Part shown: piece after piece, positions 63,561-64,000 of the stretch
Position numbering within the stretch: position 1 is the stretch's first letter
Layout: each line of letters opens with the position of its first letter
Origin: Octopus bimaculoides
Taxonomy: Eukaryota
Reading direction: 5' to 3'
NCBI RefSeq assembly: GCF_001194135.2
Contig: NC_068981.1
Coordinates: 167,671,245 to 167,735,244 of the forward strand
Length of the DNA: 64,000 bases
Translations under genes and position numbers: made by a program
The notes under the pieces: generated by a model
What the model saw: only the letters and a program-made list of their open reading frames with translations
The model's database searches: none
Told to the model about the DNA's origin: nothing

Positions 63561-64000
63561 TTCTCCCACTTTCTCTCTGGCCCAACCACTCTCATTCTCC
63601 CGGAGAGCCGTCAGTATCTAATCTTTCCCACGGCATGCGAACTTTGTTAAATTCGTTAAATTTTTTATTAAGTCATATAGTGTGAGGTGAGGTTTTGCTT
63701 TGGTATTGAGAAGCTGTTATTGTCTCTAACGTTAATGTATTATCGATGTTTTACGTAATCTACTTTGATGTTTTCAACTTGATTGTGTTACGAACTGCAT
63801 GAGTGAACATCCAGTGGTGTAGACCTATTTCTGTACAAATAGCTGTAATCCTAAAACATCAAGCAATGGCTGTTGTTCTTGTTGTTATTGTTGATGAGAG
63901 TGATGAGGATGATGAAAATGTTTTTGTTGTCGTTGTTGTTGCCGTGTAGCACCAGGTCGGTCGTAATAGAGCGGATATCGGTGATCAACTTAACAACTAG

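Overview
AT-rich, repeat-saturated, gapped eukaryotic draft-assembly sequence. The SINE families and extreme CA/TA/TACA/TAGA/TAA microsatellite load suggest a coleoid cephalopod (octopus-like); this is inference. No host protein-coding gene can be identified, and almost all ORF-track entries are microsatellite or N-gap artefacts. One 40-nt candidate exon (3604-3643) sits directly downstream of a 20-bp intronic hairpin. The rest is a graveyard of mobile DNA: at least five SINE families (about 35 copies); non-LTR fragments of RTE, CR1/L2-like, R4/Dong (RLE-type) and Penelope-like clades; a full-length decayed mariner (8908-10234); an internally deleted IR/DR Tc1 element (51520-52793); a 5S rRNA pseudogene; a degenerate interstitial TTAGGG tract; and a 243-bp foldback. 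The most striking unexplained signal is more than ten type I hammerhead-ribozyme (HHR)-like motifs (CUGANGA...GAAA...UH). Three have near-intact cores (1747-1835, 2117-2162, 43608-43657). Two form a 299-bp head-to-tail pair with retrozyme/Penelope-LTR architecture (43261-43680), and five form a degenerate array with CT-rich spacers (4197-4547). All RNA folds and alignments were done by eye and need computational confirmation; many element boundaries are approximate.
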